Positions 29,064 to 39,355 of a stretch of DNA of 64,000 bases are shown piece by piece. The position numbers and the translations under genes are program-made. How positions within the stretch are numbered: the stretch's first letter is position 1; each line of letters opens with the position of its first letter. Location of the stretch: NCBI GenBank assembly GCA_965243395.1, contig CBDEUS010000001.1, positions 1,056,001-1,120,000 of the forward strand, read 5' to 3'. Source of the DNA: Gammaproteobacteria bacterium (GTDB taxonomy: Bacteria > Pseudomonadota > Gammaproteobacteria > UBA4575). The notes below the pieces were generated by a model. The model did no database searches, had not been told where the DNA came from, and saw only the letters and a program-made list of their open reading frames with translations.

Positions 29064-29681
29064 CTATTTCTGAACCCAGTTGCCAGAACCATCCTGATAC
29101 CAGGTACCCGCCGCAACTTCTTCGATCCAGACACGTGCAAAAGTTGAACGGATATCCGCTTCCCATTCTGGATGATTATTTGCACGAGCAATTTCGGCAT
29201 ACAATGCCCCTCGTTCTTTATTTTCATCCGCAACTAATTTTTTAACCTGATTTCGCTCTTTTAGTGAAATTAAAGATTGATCTCTAATTTGCACATTTGC
29301 ATTTGAGGTAAGACCCACCGCTCCACTTGCATAATGTGGTTTCAAAGCGATTGCACGTTTTTTCAAACTAGCACGCAATGCACTAATTGCAGGGGTGTTA
29401 ATATTTATATCCGCTTCTGCGTGCGCGGGTGTTATAAGTAAATTTAAAAGTGTACCTGCAACCAAATAAGTCAAATTACCAAAACTTTCAACACTGCTTT
29501 GTTCGTTAGATGTTTCTTGCTTTTCTTTTGAAATATCAGCTTCTTCTTCATTCAATACATCGCGAACAATAATTCTTGCAGCATCTTCTGCGGCGGCTGC
29601 TGGAAAATAAATATTGATCGTTACACATGCTGACAACATCAATCCAAATAGAAAACTACTTATTATTGACTTATGCTTCAT
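29064..29681 (-). CDS. ydbL: YdbL (DUF1318) protein with N-terminal YnbE-like lipoprotein segment
   Basis: Lipobox LSAC-VTINIYFPAA; C-terminal LV.DEN.ER..LY.EIA.AN...G.WYQ..G.W. Confidence 0.8.
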   Translation of the reverse strand: MKHKSIISSFLFGLMLSACVTINIYFPAAAAEDAARIIVRDVLNEEEADISKEKQETSNEQSSVESFGNLTYLVAGTLLNLLITPAHAEADININTPAISALRASLKKRAIALKPHYASGAVGLTSNANVQIRDQSLISLKERNQVKKLVADENKERGALYAEIARANNHPEWEADIRSTFARVWIEEVAAGTWYQDGSGNWVQK

Positions 29682-29767
29682 TGTCTTACCACCCTAAATA
29701 ATCCATGTACAAATTTGACATAGTTAATGAATATTAAGTTCCTAGCTCTTAGTTACCTAAATTTATA

Positions 29768-31840
29768 TTAATTTACAATAACTTCCTTAGTACTTATAAC
29801 GCGTTTCAGACGTGCGGTTAATACAGACCAGGATACTTCATCTGTGAACCCCACAATATCAATTCGCGGTACACCGCTGCCCTTAACGATATAAAAACCT
29901 TGTTTATTTGCTGCACTAAAGCCCTCTACTCCACGCATTTTGCAAACATTATTATTTAAGCTACACCCTAGACCTAACTTATCATAACCAAAGCTATCGA
30001 AGAATTTAAGAAAACTCTTCGACAGAACATTCGAGGTACCGTTACCAACTTGCGTTAGATTATCTACTGCCGTTTGACTGATTCGATGCCTTGAATTGTC
30101 ATTTTCGGGAGTTCCAAACCACGCATCAAATTTTACGGGCGACCAGCTAACAAATTGCAACCCATTAATCATGCCACTCATCTTTCCGGTAATTTCGCCA
30201 AATGAAAACGTTTCTGTTAATGAACTTAAATCTAAATTGTTAAGCTGAATATCAGCATATAATTTTGGCGTTATACTGAATATATCTTGTACTTTTAAAT
30301 TATGAATCGTTGTGGTTCCTCCAAACCCTCTCACCAGCAAAGCCCCACCAACTTCAATATCACCTTTCTTATAATGAACTTTGGGAGCATAACCTGCCAA
30401 ATTCCCACTCATCTCTGGCCAACCTAATGATGTGGAAAATTTTGACATGGACACCGGAGTAAGGCTGATATCCATCGTTGCATACTGACTATCTTTACCT
30501 GGCTGGTTAATTTGAAAAGATTCTATATTAATAGAACCATCAAATAGCGGCACTTTTACCGGCTTTGAAAGCTCTAAAGCTGACCCATGATTTATAAATG
30601 AAAACGAACTAGACCCTAATTTTATTTTATATAAATCCGCTAATTCAAAACTGAGCGAATAATGTTGATCGACGTAAACATCTCCCCATCCGATAGCTCC
30701 GTTCAGATTAGTGATGGAAAAGCGTTTCTGATTATCTGCCAGCGACAAATTATCTAAACTCAGATCAACCTGTGTTACTTTAAAATCATCTATGAGCACT
30801 TGCCCGGATAAGCGTCCACTAGTAGCAAGATCGGCAGCATTAGTTTCAAATAAAAATGGCTGAATATAAGAATCATAAACATTTGGGAATAAAGCATAAT
30901 TAACTTTTGCTTGAATTGGGCTAATTATTTTCTTTTTTTCATAATCAAATATTGTTGATAAGTCTACATGCATCGAGTTTTGATCTTCAAAATTAAAATC
31001 GAACAATTCAACTTGTTTAGATCCTATTTCCCAATTTATATTTCCAAAAAGATCCTTTGAGTTCTCATTAGCATCTAGAAATATAGGATCTAAATATAAC
31101 TCTCCCTTGAATATCGTTGAATCTAGCTTTGTTCTCCAAACATCGCCAGATCGTTGACTAACAAACGTAAATCGGGAAGCAACATCTTCACCAACCATTG
31201 TGCTTTCTTCATTTGCGAAGCTGATATTTTTAAGTGACACGTCACCATTAATCATTGTTAAAGTATTATGCTTGCCAAAAAAGCTAACTGTACTCTTTGC
31301 TAAACCAGAAAAGAGCATTTTCGGAAACAATGGAAATTGTTCACGCAGATTTATAAATGATATTTCTTCGCTAATGATTGTTGCCAGCCACCCATCTGTG
31401 TTCATTTCTGCTTTTAATCTTGCAGAACCACCAGCCAAACTAAACTCATCTAATTGCAAATCAATATTGCCACCCTCTCTCCAATAGAACTGAATAGTAG
31501 TTTTTTCTGCGCTAGCCAATGAATCATTAAATGATAGTTCACCTTCGTCACATATGATTTCAAGATTTGAAATAAATCCTTTGTGACATTGCAATAAAAT
31601 ATCTTCAATATCGCCATAATTTTCAGGCAAATTTATAGAACCAATTTGAATTGAATATGATGAGCTTCTTTTGAATAAAGAATCAAAACTTAACACTACA
31701 TCACTAAGCTTGATTCCATGACCATCTATAGTTTCTATATTAATAGATGTTTTTATATCAAAGTTTTCAGCTAAACAATATATTGGTGAACAGCACAGAA
31801 GTAATGCTATTAGATAGTATTTACGATGAGCACGTTGCAC
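29768..31840 (-). CDS. YdbH-like (AsmA-like) intermembrane lipid-bridge protein
   Basis: Beta-rich body; C-terminal FGG, LT..F.FG.ITG, ISQ.AV..L, F..FGY..LG; upstream of ydbL. Confidence 0.75.
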   Translation of the reverse strand: MQRAHRKYYLIALLLCCSPIYCLAENFDIKTSINIETIDGHGIKLSDVVLSFDSLFKRSSSYSIQIGSINLPENYGDIEDILLQCHKGFISNLEIICDEGELSFNDSLASAEKTTIQFYWREGGNIDLQLDEFSLAGGSARLKAEMNTDGWLATIISEEISFINLREQFPLFPKMLFSGLAKSTVSFFGKHNTLTMINGDVSLKNISFANEESTMVGEDVASRFTFVSQRSGDVWRTKLDSTIFKGELYLDPIFLDANENSKDLFGNINWEIGSKQVELFDFNFEDQNSMHVDLSTIFDYEKKKIISPIQAKVNYALFPNVYDSYIQPFLFETNAADLATSGRLSGQVLIDDFKVTQVDLSLDNLSLADNQKRFSITNLNGAIGWGDVYVDQHYSLSFELADLYKIKLGSSSFSFINHGSALELSKPVKVPLFDGSINIESFQINQPGKDSQYATMDISLTPVSMSKFSTSLGWPEMSGNLAGYAPKVHYKKGDIEVGGALLVRGFGGTTTIHNLKVQDIFSITPKLYADIQLNNLDLSSLTETFSFGEITGKMSGMINGLQFVSWSPVKFDAWFGTPENDNSRHRISQTAVDNLTQVGNGTSNVLSKSFLKFFDSFGYDKLGLGCSLNNNVCKMRGVEGFSAANKQGFYIVKGSGVPRIDIVGFTDEVSWSVLTARLKRVISTKEVIVN

Positions 31841-32579
31841 ATTTAGGGTCTTTTTTAATTTCTATACTACGCCACTCCATATTTAGTGCATCCACTAGTA
31901 ATAATTTGTTTGAAAGCGTTTGACCAATATTAATTAGCAGTTTAATAGTCTCAGTGGCTTGTATGCTACCAATTAGACCAGTGACAGAGCCAAGGATTCC
32001 TGTTTCTGAACAACTTTCTTCGAGTTCGCCTGAATTAGAATCTATATTTGGAAATAAACAGTGATAACATGCGCTATTGTCTTGCATGTTAAATACTGCA
32101 ACTTGCCCTTCAAAACGAATTGCGGCACCAGTTATTAATGCTTTTTTATGTTTAACACAGGCAGCATTGATTGCAAATCGCGATTCAAAGTTATCGGTAG
32201 CATCAACTACTACATCAGATCTTTGCACTTCTTTTGCAAGCGCTTCATTTGTTAACACTTGATTGATTGTGCGTACTGTGCACTGAGAATTAATTGCACT
32301 TAGTGTTTGTTGTGCAGAATCTACCTTATTTTTACCGACGTCCTCTGTATGATGGAGTATCTGCCTTTGTAAGTTTGATAAATCGACGGTGTCCGGATCG
32401 ACTATCGTTAGCTCACCGACACCGCTGGCAGCCAGATACATAGATACAGGAGAACCCAAGCCACCAGCACCAAATATCAATACTTTAGAATTAAGTAACT
32501 TTTCTTGCCCATTAATATCAATTTGCGGCAACATTATTTGGCGATCATAGCGAAGCAACTGATCATCACTTAAATCCAT
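31821..32579 (-). CDS. moeB: Molybdopterin-synthase adenylyltransferase (MoeB/ThiF family)
   Basis: RYDRQI, GAGGLG, SNLQRQ, CYHC and CATC zinc sites. Confidence 0.88.
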   Translation of the reverse strand: MDLSDDQLLRYDRQIMLPQIDINGQEKLLNSKVLIFGAGGLGSPVSMYLAASGVGELTIVDPDTVDLSNLQRQILHHTEDVGKNKVDSAQQTLSAINSQCTVRTINQVLTNEALAKEVQRSDVVVDATDNFESRFAINAACVKHKKALITGAAIRFEGQVAVFNMQDNSACYHCLFPNIDSNSGELEESCSETGILGSVTGLIGSIQATETIKLLINIGQTLSNKLLLVDALNMEWRSIEIKKDPKCATCSS

Positions 32580-32591
32580 CTTTATCAGACC

Positions 32592-32927
32592 TTACTCACC
32601 TTTGCGTCTTTTCTCTGCTTCTGCAAATGCAGCCAGCTGTTCCGGAGTAGCTTCTTTCTGAAATTTATCTTTCCATTCAGAATAAGGCATACCGTAGACT
32701 ATTTCCCTTGCTTGTTCATATTCCAAGTTAATATTCCTTTCTTCTGCTGCAGCAACATACCACTTAGATAAACAGTTCCTGCAAAAATCCGCCAAATTCA
32801 TTAAATCAATATTCTGAACTTCAGTTTTAGCCTGTAAATGTGCTACTAACCTTCTGTATACTGCGGCTTCAATTTCCAGCTGCTGTTGATCATTCATTTC
32901 TTCACTCACCATAAAGTCCTCAAACAA
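32592..32927 (-). CDS. DUF1244 protein
   Basis: EAAVYRRL..HL, VQNIDLMNLA.FCRNCL.KWY, YGMPY.EWK; start uncertain. Confidence 0.9.
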   Translation of the reverse strand: MFEDFMVSEEMNDQQQLEIEAAVYRRLVAHLQAKTEVQNIDLMNLADFCRNCLSKWYVAAAEERNINLEYEQAREIVYGMPYSEWKDKFQKEATPEQLAAFAEAEKRRKGE

Positions 32928-32990
32928 GTTAATTTACAATATTATATTTGTATTTTCTCATAATACTTGGATCAAACCGCAATTAACTAA

Positions 32991-33593
32991 ATGACTACAA
33001 TTTATAATGAAAATGTAACAGGTGTGATTCTTGCCGGTGGCAAAGCAAGACGCATGGGAGGTTGCGATAAAGGACTAATAAAAATTAACAATCAGGCAAT
33101 GATTCAATATGTAATTGATGCTCTCAGACCTCAAGTAGCAGATATCTTAATTAATGCTAATCGCAATACAGAGCTTTATGAAAAGTTTGGTTATAGTGTA
33201 GTTGCAGATCAACTAGACGATTTTCAAGGCCCCCTCGCAGGGATTGCAGCTGCTATGAACAAAGCCAAAACAGAATACATCTGTACATGTCCATGTGATG
33301 GACCATTGGTTGCCCAAGATCTGGTTAGTCGATTATTGTCAGCATTTGATGATGAAAATACAGAAATTGCAGTTGCACATGATGGCAAGCGAATCCAACC
33401 TGTATATGCCTTGATGACCTGTAACTTACATACAAGCTTAATAAATTATCTTGAGAATGGAGAGCGTAAAATAGATCGTTGGTTTGCTCTGCATAACTGT
33501 ATAGAAATTGACTTTAGTGATAAACAAGATTGCTTTGTTAATATCAATACGCCAGAAGAACAAATCATTATTTCAGAAAAACTTTCGAATTAG
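32991..33593 (+). CDS. mobA: Molybdenum cofactor guanylyltransferase
   Basis: ILAGG.ARRMGG.DKG, GPLAGI, PCD.P, NINTPE. Confidence 0.95.
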   Translation: MTTIYNENVTGVILAGGKARRMGGCDKGLIKINNQAMIQYVIDALRPQVADILINANRNTELYEKFGYSVVADQLDDFQGPLAGIAAAMNKAKTEYICTCPCDGPLVAQDLVSRLLSAFDDENTEIAVAHDGKRIQPVYALMTCNLHTSLINYLENGERKIDRWFALHNCIEIDFSDKQDCFVNINTPEEQIIISEKLSN

Positions 33594-33594
33594 T

Positions 33595-34125
33595 ATGCAA
33601 CAAATTTCATTTATCAAGCCTGTGATTGGCCTCTCTGCCTATAGCGGTTCAGGAAAAACAACACTACTAGGAAAACTCATTCCTATTTTCAATAGCCATA
33701 AACTTAGAGTAGCTGTGATTAAGCATGCACATCACTCATTTGATATCGATCATCCAGAAAAGGACAGTTACAAAATTCGAAAAGCGGGCGCCCAACAAAT
33801 TTTAATCTCGTCGCAAAATCGTTGGGCAATGATTCATGAACTAGAAGAAAATCAAGCAGAGCTTCAATTAGAGGATGCATTAGAAAAATTAGATACAGAA
33901 AATATAGATTTTGTCATTGTCGAAGGCTATAAAGCCGCTGCAATTCCCAAAATAGAGATCCACCGTCCCGCTTTAGGAAAACCATTAATCTCATCTGAGG
34001 ATTCACATGTCATTGCCATTGCAACAGATGATCCAGATAAGATAGACAGCACACTTCCTTTGCTGGATCTTAATCATCCTGAAATGATTGCGAGCTATAT
34101 TGAACGATTTATTGACAGTAATTGA
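33595..34125 (+). CDS. mobB: Molybdopterin-guanine dinucleotide biosynthesis protein B
   Basis: SGSGKTTL, IKHAHH.FDID, KDSY, VEGYK; ATG immediately after the mobA stop. Confidence 0.95.
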   Translation: MQQISFIKPVIGLSAYSGSGKTTLLGKLIPIFNSHKLRVAVIKHAHHSFDIDHPEKDSYKIRKAGAQQILISSQNRWAMIHELEENQAELQLEDALEKLDTENIDFVIVEGYKAAAIPKIEIHRPALGKPLISSEDSHVIAIATDDPDKIDSTLPLLDLNHPEMIASYIERFIDSN

Positions 34126-34390
34126 TAAAGTATTTCGTACATTCCTTAGCCAAGTATGAGATCTCTCTCCACTGGCCAGTTAAAAAAATGCTATAATTTG
34201 CTTATATTTAGGCACGTTGGTGCAATGAATAATAACAATGCATTGATATGTAACTCATGAATTTTCAGTTAGTTACATATACTTTTTAATCTTTATTATT
34301 ACGAAACTGGCTAACTGATTACCCATTAATTTGGGTAGCGTCCAGTTTTGGATGCAAATTAACTAATTAGACCTATTAGGAGAAGGCAAC

Positions 34391-35695
34391 ATGGCAGATC
34401 GTACCGTCACAGTAACCGACAATACGACAGGGAAAAAAGTCGACTTAGCGATTCATGATGGCACTAATGGCCCAAGCGTTATCGATATTGGCAAACTTTA
34501 CAAAGAGCTAGGATATTTCACCTTTGATCCTGGTTTTGTTTCTACAGGTAGTTGTAACAGCACCATTACATTCATTGATGGCGATATCGGCCTACTGCGA
34601 TATCGGGGATACCCTATCGAACAACTCGCTGAGAAAAGCACTTTCTTAGAAGTATGCTACCTGCTGCTTAACGGAGAGCTACCTACTCAAGCTGAGTTTG
34701 ATAGATTTGAATCCAGATTACGTGTGCATACTTTACTGGATGAAAAGATGCGCCGGTTTTATCTTGGCTTTCATAATGACGCTCACCCTATGGCCATGAT
34801 GGTAGCCACTGTAGGCGCATTATCTGCGTTCTATCATGATCATATTGATGTACATGATGCTGAATCACGGCAAATAGCTGCAAATCGCTTAATTGCAAAA
34901 ATGCCTACTATGGCTGCATGGGTACACAAATATTCAATTGGCCAACCATTCATATATCCAGATAATAATTTGGATTATGTATCAAACTTCTTACACATGA
35001 TGTTTGGTTTACCCACTATGGATTACAAGCCAAGCCCAACGTTTGTAAAAGCAATGGATGTAATCTTAATTTTACATGCTGACCATGAACAGAATGCCTC
35101 TACTTCTACAGTTAGACTGGCGGGAAGCTCTGGAGCCAACCCATATGCAGCACTTTCGGCTGGAATTAGTTCGCTTTGGGGACCAGCACATGGTGGTGCA
35201 AATGAAGCTGTTATTCGCATGCTTGAAGATATTGTTGAATCTGATAATGATGTTGCGTACTACATTGATCGCGCAAAAGACAAAGATTCGCCTTTCCGTC
35301 TAATGGGATTTGGGCACCGCGTATATAAAAACTATGATCCGCGTGCAAAAATTATTCGTGAAGTTTGTCACGAGTTATTAGCTGAATTGGGCGACGACAA
35401 TCCAAACAAACCATTGTTTGATACGGCAATGGAGCTTGAAAAAATTGCTCTGGAAGATGATTACTTTGTTGAACGTAAGCTTTATCCAAACGTAGATTTC
35501 TACTCTGGAATAATTTTGCGTGCCATGGGCATTCCAATGGAAATGTTTACTGTAATTTTTGCTTTAGCAAGAACAGTGGGCTGGATTTCGCATTGGAAAG
35601 AACATATGAGTGATCCTGCTGCAAAGATCGGCCGCCCGCGTCAGTTGTATACAGGTTCTGACGAAAGAGATTACGTTGATATCAAAAATAGATAA
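34391..35695 (+). CDS. gltA: Citrate synthase (type II)
   Basis: GGAG RBS; [39 protein letters not shown]. Confidence 0.98.
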   Translation: MADRTVTVTDNTTGKKVDLAIHDGTNGPSVIDIGKLYKELGYFTFDPGFVSTGSCNSTITFIDGDIGLLRYRGYPIEQLAEKSTFLEVCYLLLNGELPTQAEFDRFESRLRVHTLLDEKMRRFYLGFHNDAHPMAMMVATVGALSAFYHDHIDVHDAESRQIAANRLIAKMPTMAAWVHKYSIGQPFIYPDNNLDYVSNFLHMMFGLPTMDYKPSPTFVKAMDVILILHADHEQNASTSTVRLAGSSGANPYAALSAGISSLWGPAHGGANEAVIRMLEDIVESDNDVAYYIDRAKDKDSPFRLMGFGHRVYKNYDPRAKIIREVCHELLAELGDDNPNKPLFDTAMELEKIALEDDYFVERKLYPNVDFYSGIILRAMGIPMEMFTVIFALARTVGWISHWKEHMSDPAAKIGRPRQLYTGSDERDYVDIKNR

Positions 35696-35697
35696 AA

Positions 35698-36852
35698 TCA
35701 GATCTCGGCAAAGAAGTTTGCTAATACCGGACTAAACAACTCATCATCGACCAAGAATGCATCGTGTCCTTTATTGGACGCGATGCGCTCAAACTGAACA
35801 TTACGCCCAGCATTTTTAACCCCTTCATATATTTCTTCCTGCTGCTGGATCGGGAATAAAATATCTGTATCAACTCCTACCACTAACGTTTTCTTGGCAT
35901 GAATTTTTGCTAAACCTGCATTTACTGATCCGCCATGTTCTGCAACATCAAACAAATCCATTGCACGAGATAAATAAAGATAACTATTTGCATCAAATGT
36001 ATCGACAAATTTATGCGCGTTATAATCAAGGTAGGATTCAACCTCGAATTCAATGCCAAATTTCCCTTTGCCTTTCCTACTGGGATCTACCCTTGCACGA
36101 TTAAAACGTTCGTTCCACTCTTCCGCTGCACGATAGGTTACTAACCCAAGCTTACGAGCTAACACCATGCCACGTTTGGGCTCTTCATCTGGTTCATAAC
36201 AACCACTTTTCCAGTCAGGATCACAAATGACAATTTCGCGCTGTAATGAACGCATGGCAATCGCTAATGGTAAGGAGCGGCATGCGCCAGAAATCGTAAC
36301 CAGATAATCTAGCTCATCAGGAAATTGTAAAGCATAAGCAAGTGAAGACATCCCTCCCATTGATGCACCGACAACAGCACGCAAATGATCAACACCCAGC
36401 TCTTGCATCGCATGATGTCCCGCTTTCGCGATATCTTCGATAGTCAATTCTGGAAAGTCAGAGCAATATTGACTTCCGGTTTTTGGATTTATGGAATTTG
36501 GACTTGTCGAACCAAAACAGCTACCTAATGAATTTACACAAACAACAAAGAAGCGATTTGTATCAATCGGCTTGCCTGGACCAATCATGTATTCCCACCA
36601 ACCAGGTGACGGATCTTCCTCTGAAGAACATGCATGAGCCGAAGGCGACAAACCTGTAAATACCAATACTGCATTATCGTGTGTTTCAGATAGCTTGCCC
36701 CAAGACTCATATGCCACTTGTACTTCTGGCAAGCTTTCGCCCCGGCGCATAATAAAATCTGTTGTTCCATAGTCGCCATGTAACTCAACTAACCGAGTTG
36801 CTGGTGGCATACGGTTTGGTATGGGATGGATTTCTTTAGCAGTCGAGCTCAC
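35698..36852 (-). CDS. MetX-family acyltransferase, probably serine O-succinyl/acetyltransferase subtype
   Basis: TGLSPSAH, GWWE, GASMGGM nucleophile, D.LFP, GHDAFL. Confidence 0.85.
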   Translation of the reverse strand: MSSTAKEIHPIPNRMPPATRLVELHGDYGTTDFIMRRGESLPEVQVAYESWGKLSETHDNAVLVFTGLSPSAHACSSEEDPSPGWWEYMIGPGKPIDTNRFFVVCVNSLGSCFGSTSPNSINPKTGSQYCSDFPELTIEDIAKAGHHAMQELGVDHLRAVVGASMGGMSSLAYALQFPDELDYLVTISGACRSLPLAIAMRSLQREIVICDPDWKSGCYEPDEEPKRGMVLARKLGLVTYRAAEEWNERFNRARVDPSRKGKGKFGIEFEVESYLDYNAHKFVDTFDANSYLYLSRAMDLFDVAEHGGSVNAGLAKIHAKKTLVVGVDTDILFPIQQQEEIYEGVKNAGRNVQFERIASNKGHDAFLVDDELFSPVLANFFAEI

Positions 36853-36935
36853 GATTATCCTTTCAGAAACTATTTAATAACTTATCAAATAAAAAGAAGT
36901 AAATTCTAGCAGTAACTAATATTTGAAGCTCTGAA

Positions 36936-37433
36936 TTAAACAGACTTTCTTGGGCGTAATGACTGAATAACGGACAAAATCAGCAAAAATACAAATAAAA
37001 TTAGCGTTTGCTCGGGAATAGTTAATTTTGCAAATGTCCAACTTACTTCTGCACATGATCCTGAACCCGTCAGCGTTTTCTTTAATACATCGAATAATGG
37101 CAATGTATCGAGCATATAATACAGATCTGGGCCACATTCCGGCACTTGGTCTTTTGGCAAATTTTGAAGCCATATATGTCTCGACGCCAATGCAATTCCA
37201 ATAGAACTTAGCACGATCCCTAAAAATCCATAAAACTTTGCAAAGATTGTTTTAGGGCCATGCAACAAGGCAATTAAAAATACGATTCCAAGTGCGATTA
37301 TTACCACTCGGTCCAAAATACAAAGTGGGCAGGGATCTAGATATAAGATATTTTCTAAATACAATATTGCAAATAACATTGCGGCAATACATGTTAGCAA
37401 CCCTAGGAATGCCAGCGAACGATAACTAAACAT
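36936..37433 (-). CDS. dsbB: Disulfide bond formation protein B
   Basis: PCPLC, RH.WLQ, C..GSG.C; 4 TM. Confidence 0.95.
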   Translation of the reverse strand: MFSYRSLAFLGLLTCIAAMLFAILYLENILYLDPCPLCILDRVVIIALGIVFLIALLHGPKTIFAKFYGFLGIVLSSIGIALASRHIWLQNLPKDQVPECGPDLYYMLDTLPLFDVLKKTLTGSGSCAEVSWTFAKLTIPEQTLILFVFLLILSVIQSLRPRKSV

Positions 37434-37448
37434 AAAAGCTATAAAAAA

Positions 37449-37988
37449 TTATTCTTCGATGGCTTGTTGTAAAGTTTCTTCTATTACCTGCTCTACAGGT
37501 TGATCATACTCAACCAAGGAATAACCTTCAGGAGGCTCTTGTAGTTGAAACGAATCAACTGTTTTTGTTTCTTGAATATTTGCGATGCCTACTCTTTCGG
37601 AAATATTATATTCAAACCAGTCATCTTTAACTGAGTAAACATCATATACGACTTGGTCACCGTTACCATTTACTTCGTAATACACTCCGTTTTCGTAAGA
37701 CCATGTTCCTTTATCGGATGACAATTCATAAAGTTTTTCTTTATCATTCAAAATCAAGTAATCAACAGAATATTTGCCATTGGCTTCACGTACTATTTTC
37801 CAAGACTCCGTCCAGCCGGCATCTTCCTCTCCTTCGTATCCGCCTTCTCCGCGCCACACACCAATCAAGGCTTGTTTTGACTTAGTATCATCATCCTTTA
37901 CTTCAGGATTTTGAGAACATGAGCTAATAAAAATAGCTGACATTAGAAACGCAGATAGTAAGAAAAATTTTATTACAAACAACTTCAT
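37449..37988 (-). CDS. Hypothetical lipoprotein (lipocalin-like)
   Basis: Lipobox-like ISSC; LIGVW and KGTW motifs. Confidence 0.7.
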   Translation of the reverse strand: MKLFVIKFFLLSAFLMSAIFISSCSQNPEVKDDDTKSKQALIGVWRGEGGYEGEEDAGWTESWKIVREANGKYSVDYLILNDKEKLYELSSDKGTWSYENGVYYEVNGNGDQVVYDVYSVKDDWFEYNISERVGIANIQETKTVDSFQLQEPPEGYSLVEYDQPVEQVIEETLQQAIEE

Positions 37989-38031
37989 TATATTGACCTA
38001 ATGCCTAGTGAATATTGAATGGCAAGTGTAA

Positions 38032-38574
38032 CTACTCATCACTCATCTCACAATGCAAGGCGTGAAGCTTTTTATACCATTCAATTAGAACTGACAACGA
38101 ATATGCTGCATTTGCAGGACTTGGATTTGGTGTGACAAATACCAGTGAATTCCCTATCTGAAATTCTTGCAATCCCCATTGAATCTGATTTTTCTTCAAA
38201 TCAGAATATTGTTGGAATTTTTGTATGGCAACTTTGCCATGAAACCAGCATATTTTTGGTTGATATTGCATGATCGTATTAAATAGTACGGGTGCCCATT
38301 TTTTATAGTCTTTCGCGCATAAATCTTTGCCCATTGATGAATGCCGTTTAACAACATCTGTGAATCCAATTTTATATTCTTGAAATAATTTTTGCTGTGA
38401 AGATACAGATGGAATTAATTGTTTCGAAACCAGCCCGCTTGCATTCAATGCTTTCCAAAAACGATTCCTGGGATTAGCAAAGTAATACCCTCGTTCTACG
38501 GATATAGTTGAGGGATTAAGTCCAATTGAAAGAATCTCTAAATCAAATTCAATATAATCTAATAGCGTTTTCAT
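38032..38574 (-). CDS. mug: Mismatch-specific (G:T/U) DNA glycosylase
   Basis: GLNP, FANPRNRFW, G.TDVVKR, PNPSPAN. Confidence 0.92.
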   Translation of the reverse strand: MKTLLDYIEFDLEILSIGLNPSTISVERGYYFANPRNRFWKALNASGLVSKQLIPSVSSQQKLFQEYKIGFTDVVKRHSSMGKDLCAKDYKKWAPVLFNTIMQYQPKICWFHGKVAIQKFQQYSDLKKNQIQWGLQEFQIGNSLVFVTPNPSPANAAYSLSVLIEWYKKLHALHCEMSDE

Positions 38575-38623
38575 TTATAAAAATTGTTACAATTGAGCTT
38601 CATTGATTGCTTAAATAATAATT

Positions 38624-39355
38624 ATGCCTACAAACAAAATCGGTCACACCATTCATGCCATGGAACTAGGTCCAATGGAAAACTTTATCTATTTACTAGT
38701 AGATGAAAATAGTAAAACAGCAGCTGTTGTAGATCCCGCATGGGATGTCGACACAATTGTACAAAATGCAAAGCAACTCGATATTACTATTACTGACGTA
38801 TTATTAACTCATAGCCACCATGATCACATCAATGGCGTAGAAGAGTTATTAAACCATTATGATGCCCAAGTTCATTTATTAAAAAGCGAAGCTGATTTTT
38901 GGGGTAAAGAATTAGCTAAACCCAATATTCACCATGGTGGAGATCAAATTAAACTAGGTCAAACTGAAATAGAAATCATGCATACACCTGGTCATACACC
39001 TGGTTCAGCATGTTACCGATTAGGGAATGATTTGATTACAGGCGATACATTATTTGTATTTGGTTGCGGGCGTTGCGATTTGCATGGCGGAGACCCTGAA
39101 CAAATGTACAAGACCTTAAAACATTTTAAAACAGATTTGCCTAACGATATTGTAATCCATCCAGGCCATAACTATGCAGTGCAAAAATCTTCTACCTTAA
39201 GAGAAGAAATCGAAGGTAATCCATTTATGCATTTTACCGATGTAGACCAATTTGTACGTTATCGCATGAAAATTCATGATCAAATCAGAAACTCTCCCTA
39301 TTCATCACAAAGCGAGAGCGCTTTAAAGAAACAACTCGATACAGCAGAGCATTAA
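38624..39355 (+). CDS. MBL-fold hydrolase (glyoxalase II-like)
   Basis: THSHHDH, HTPGHTPG, GDTLF..GCGR, PGHNY. Confidence 0.9.
   Translation: MPTNKIGHTIHAMELGPMENFIYLLVDENSKTAAVVDPAWDVDTIVQNAKQLDITITDVLLTHSHHDHINGVEELLNHYDAQVHLLKSEADFWGKELAKPNIHHGGDQIKLGQTEIEIMHTPGHTPGSACYRLGNDLITGDTLFVFGCGRCDLHGGDPEQMYKTLKHFKTDLPNDIVIHPGHNYAVQKSSTLREEIEGNPFMHFTDVDQFVRYRMKIHDQIRNSPYSSQSESALKKQLDTAEH

Noticed and set aside
34209-34226. Sigma-54 promoter upstream of gltA (GGCACGTTGGTGC)
   Set aside because: GG-to-GC spacing is 9 nt rather than the required 10
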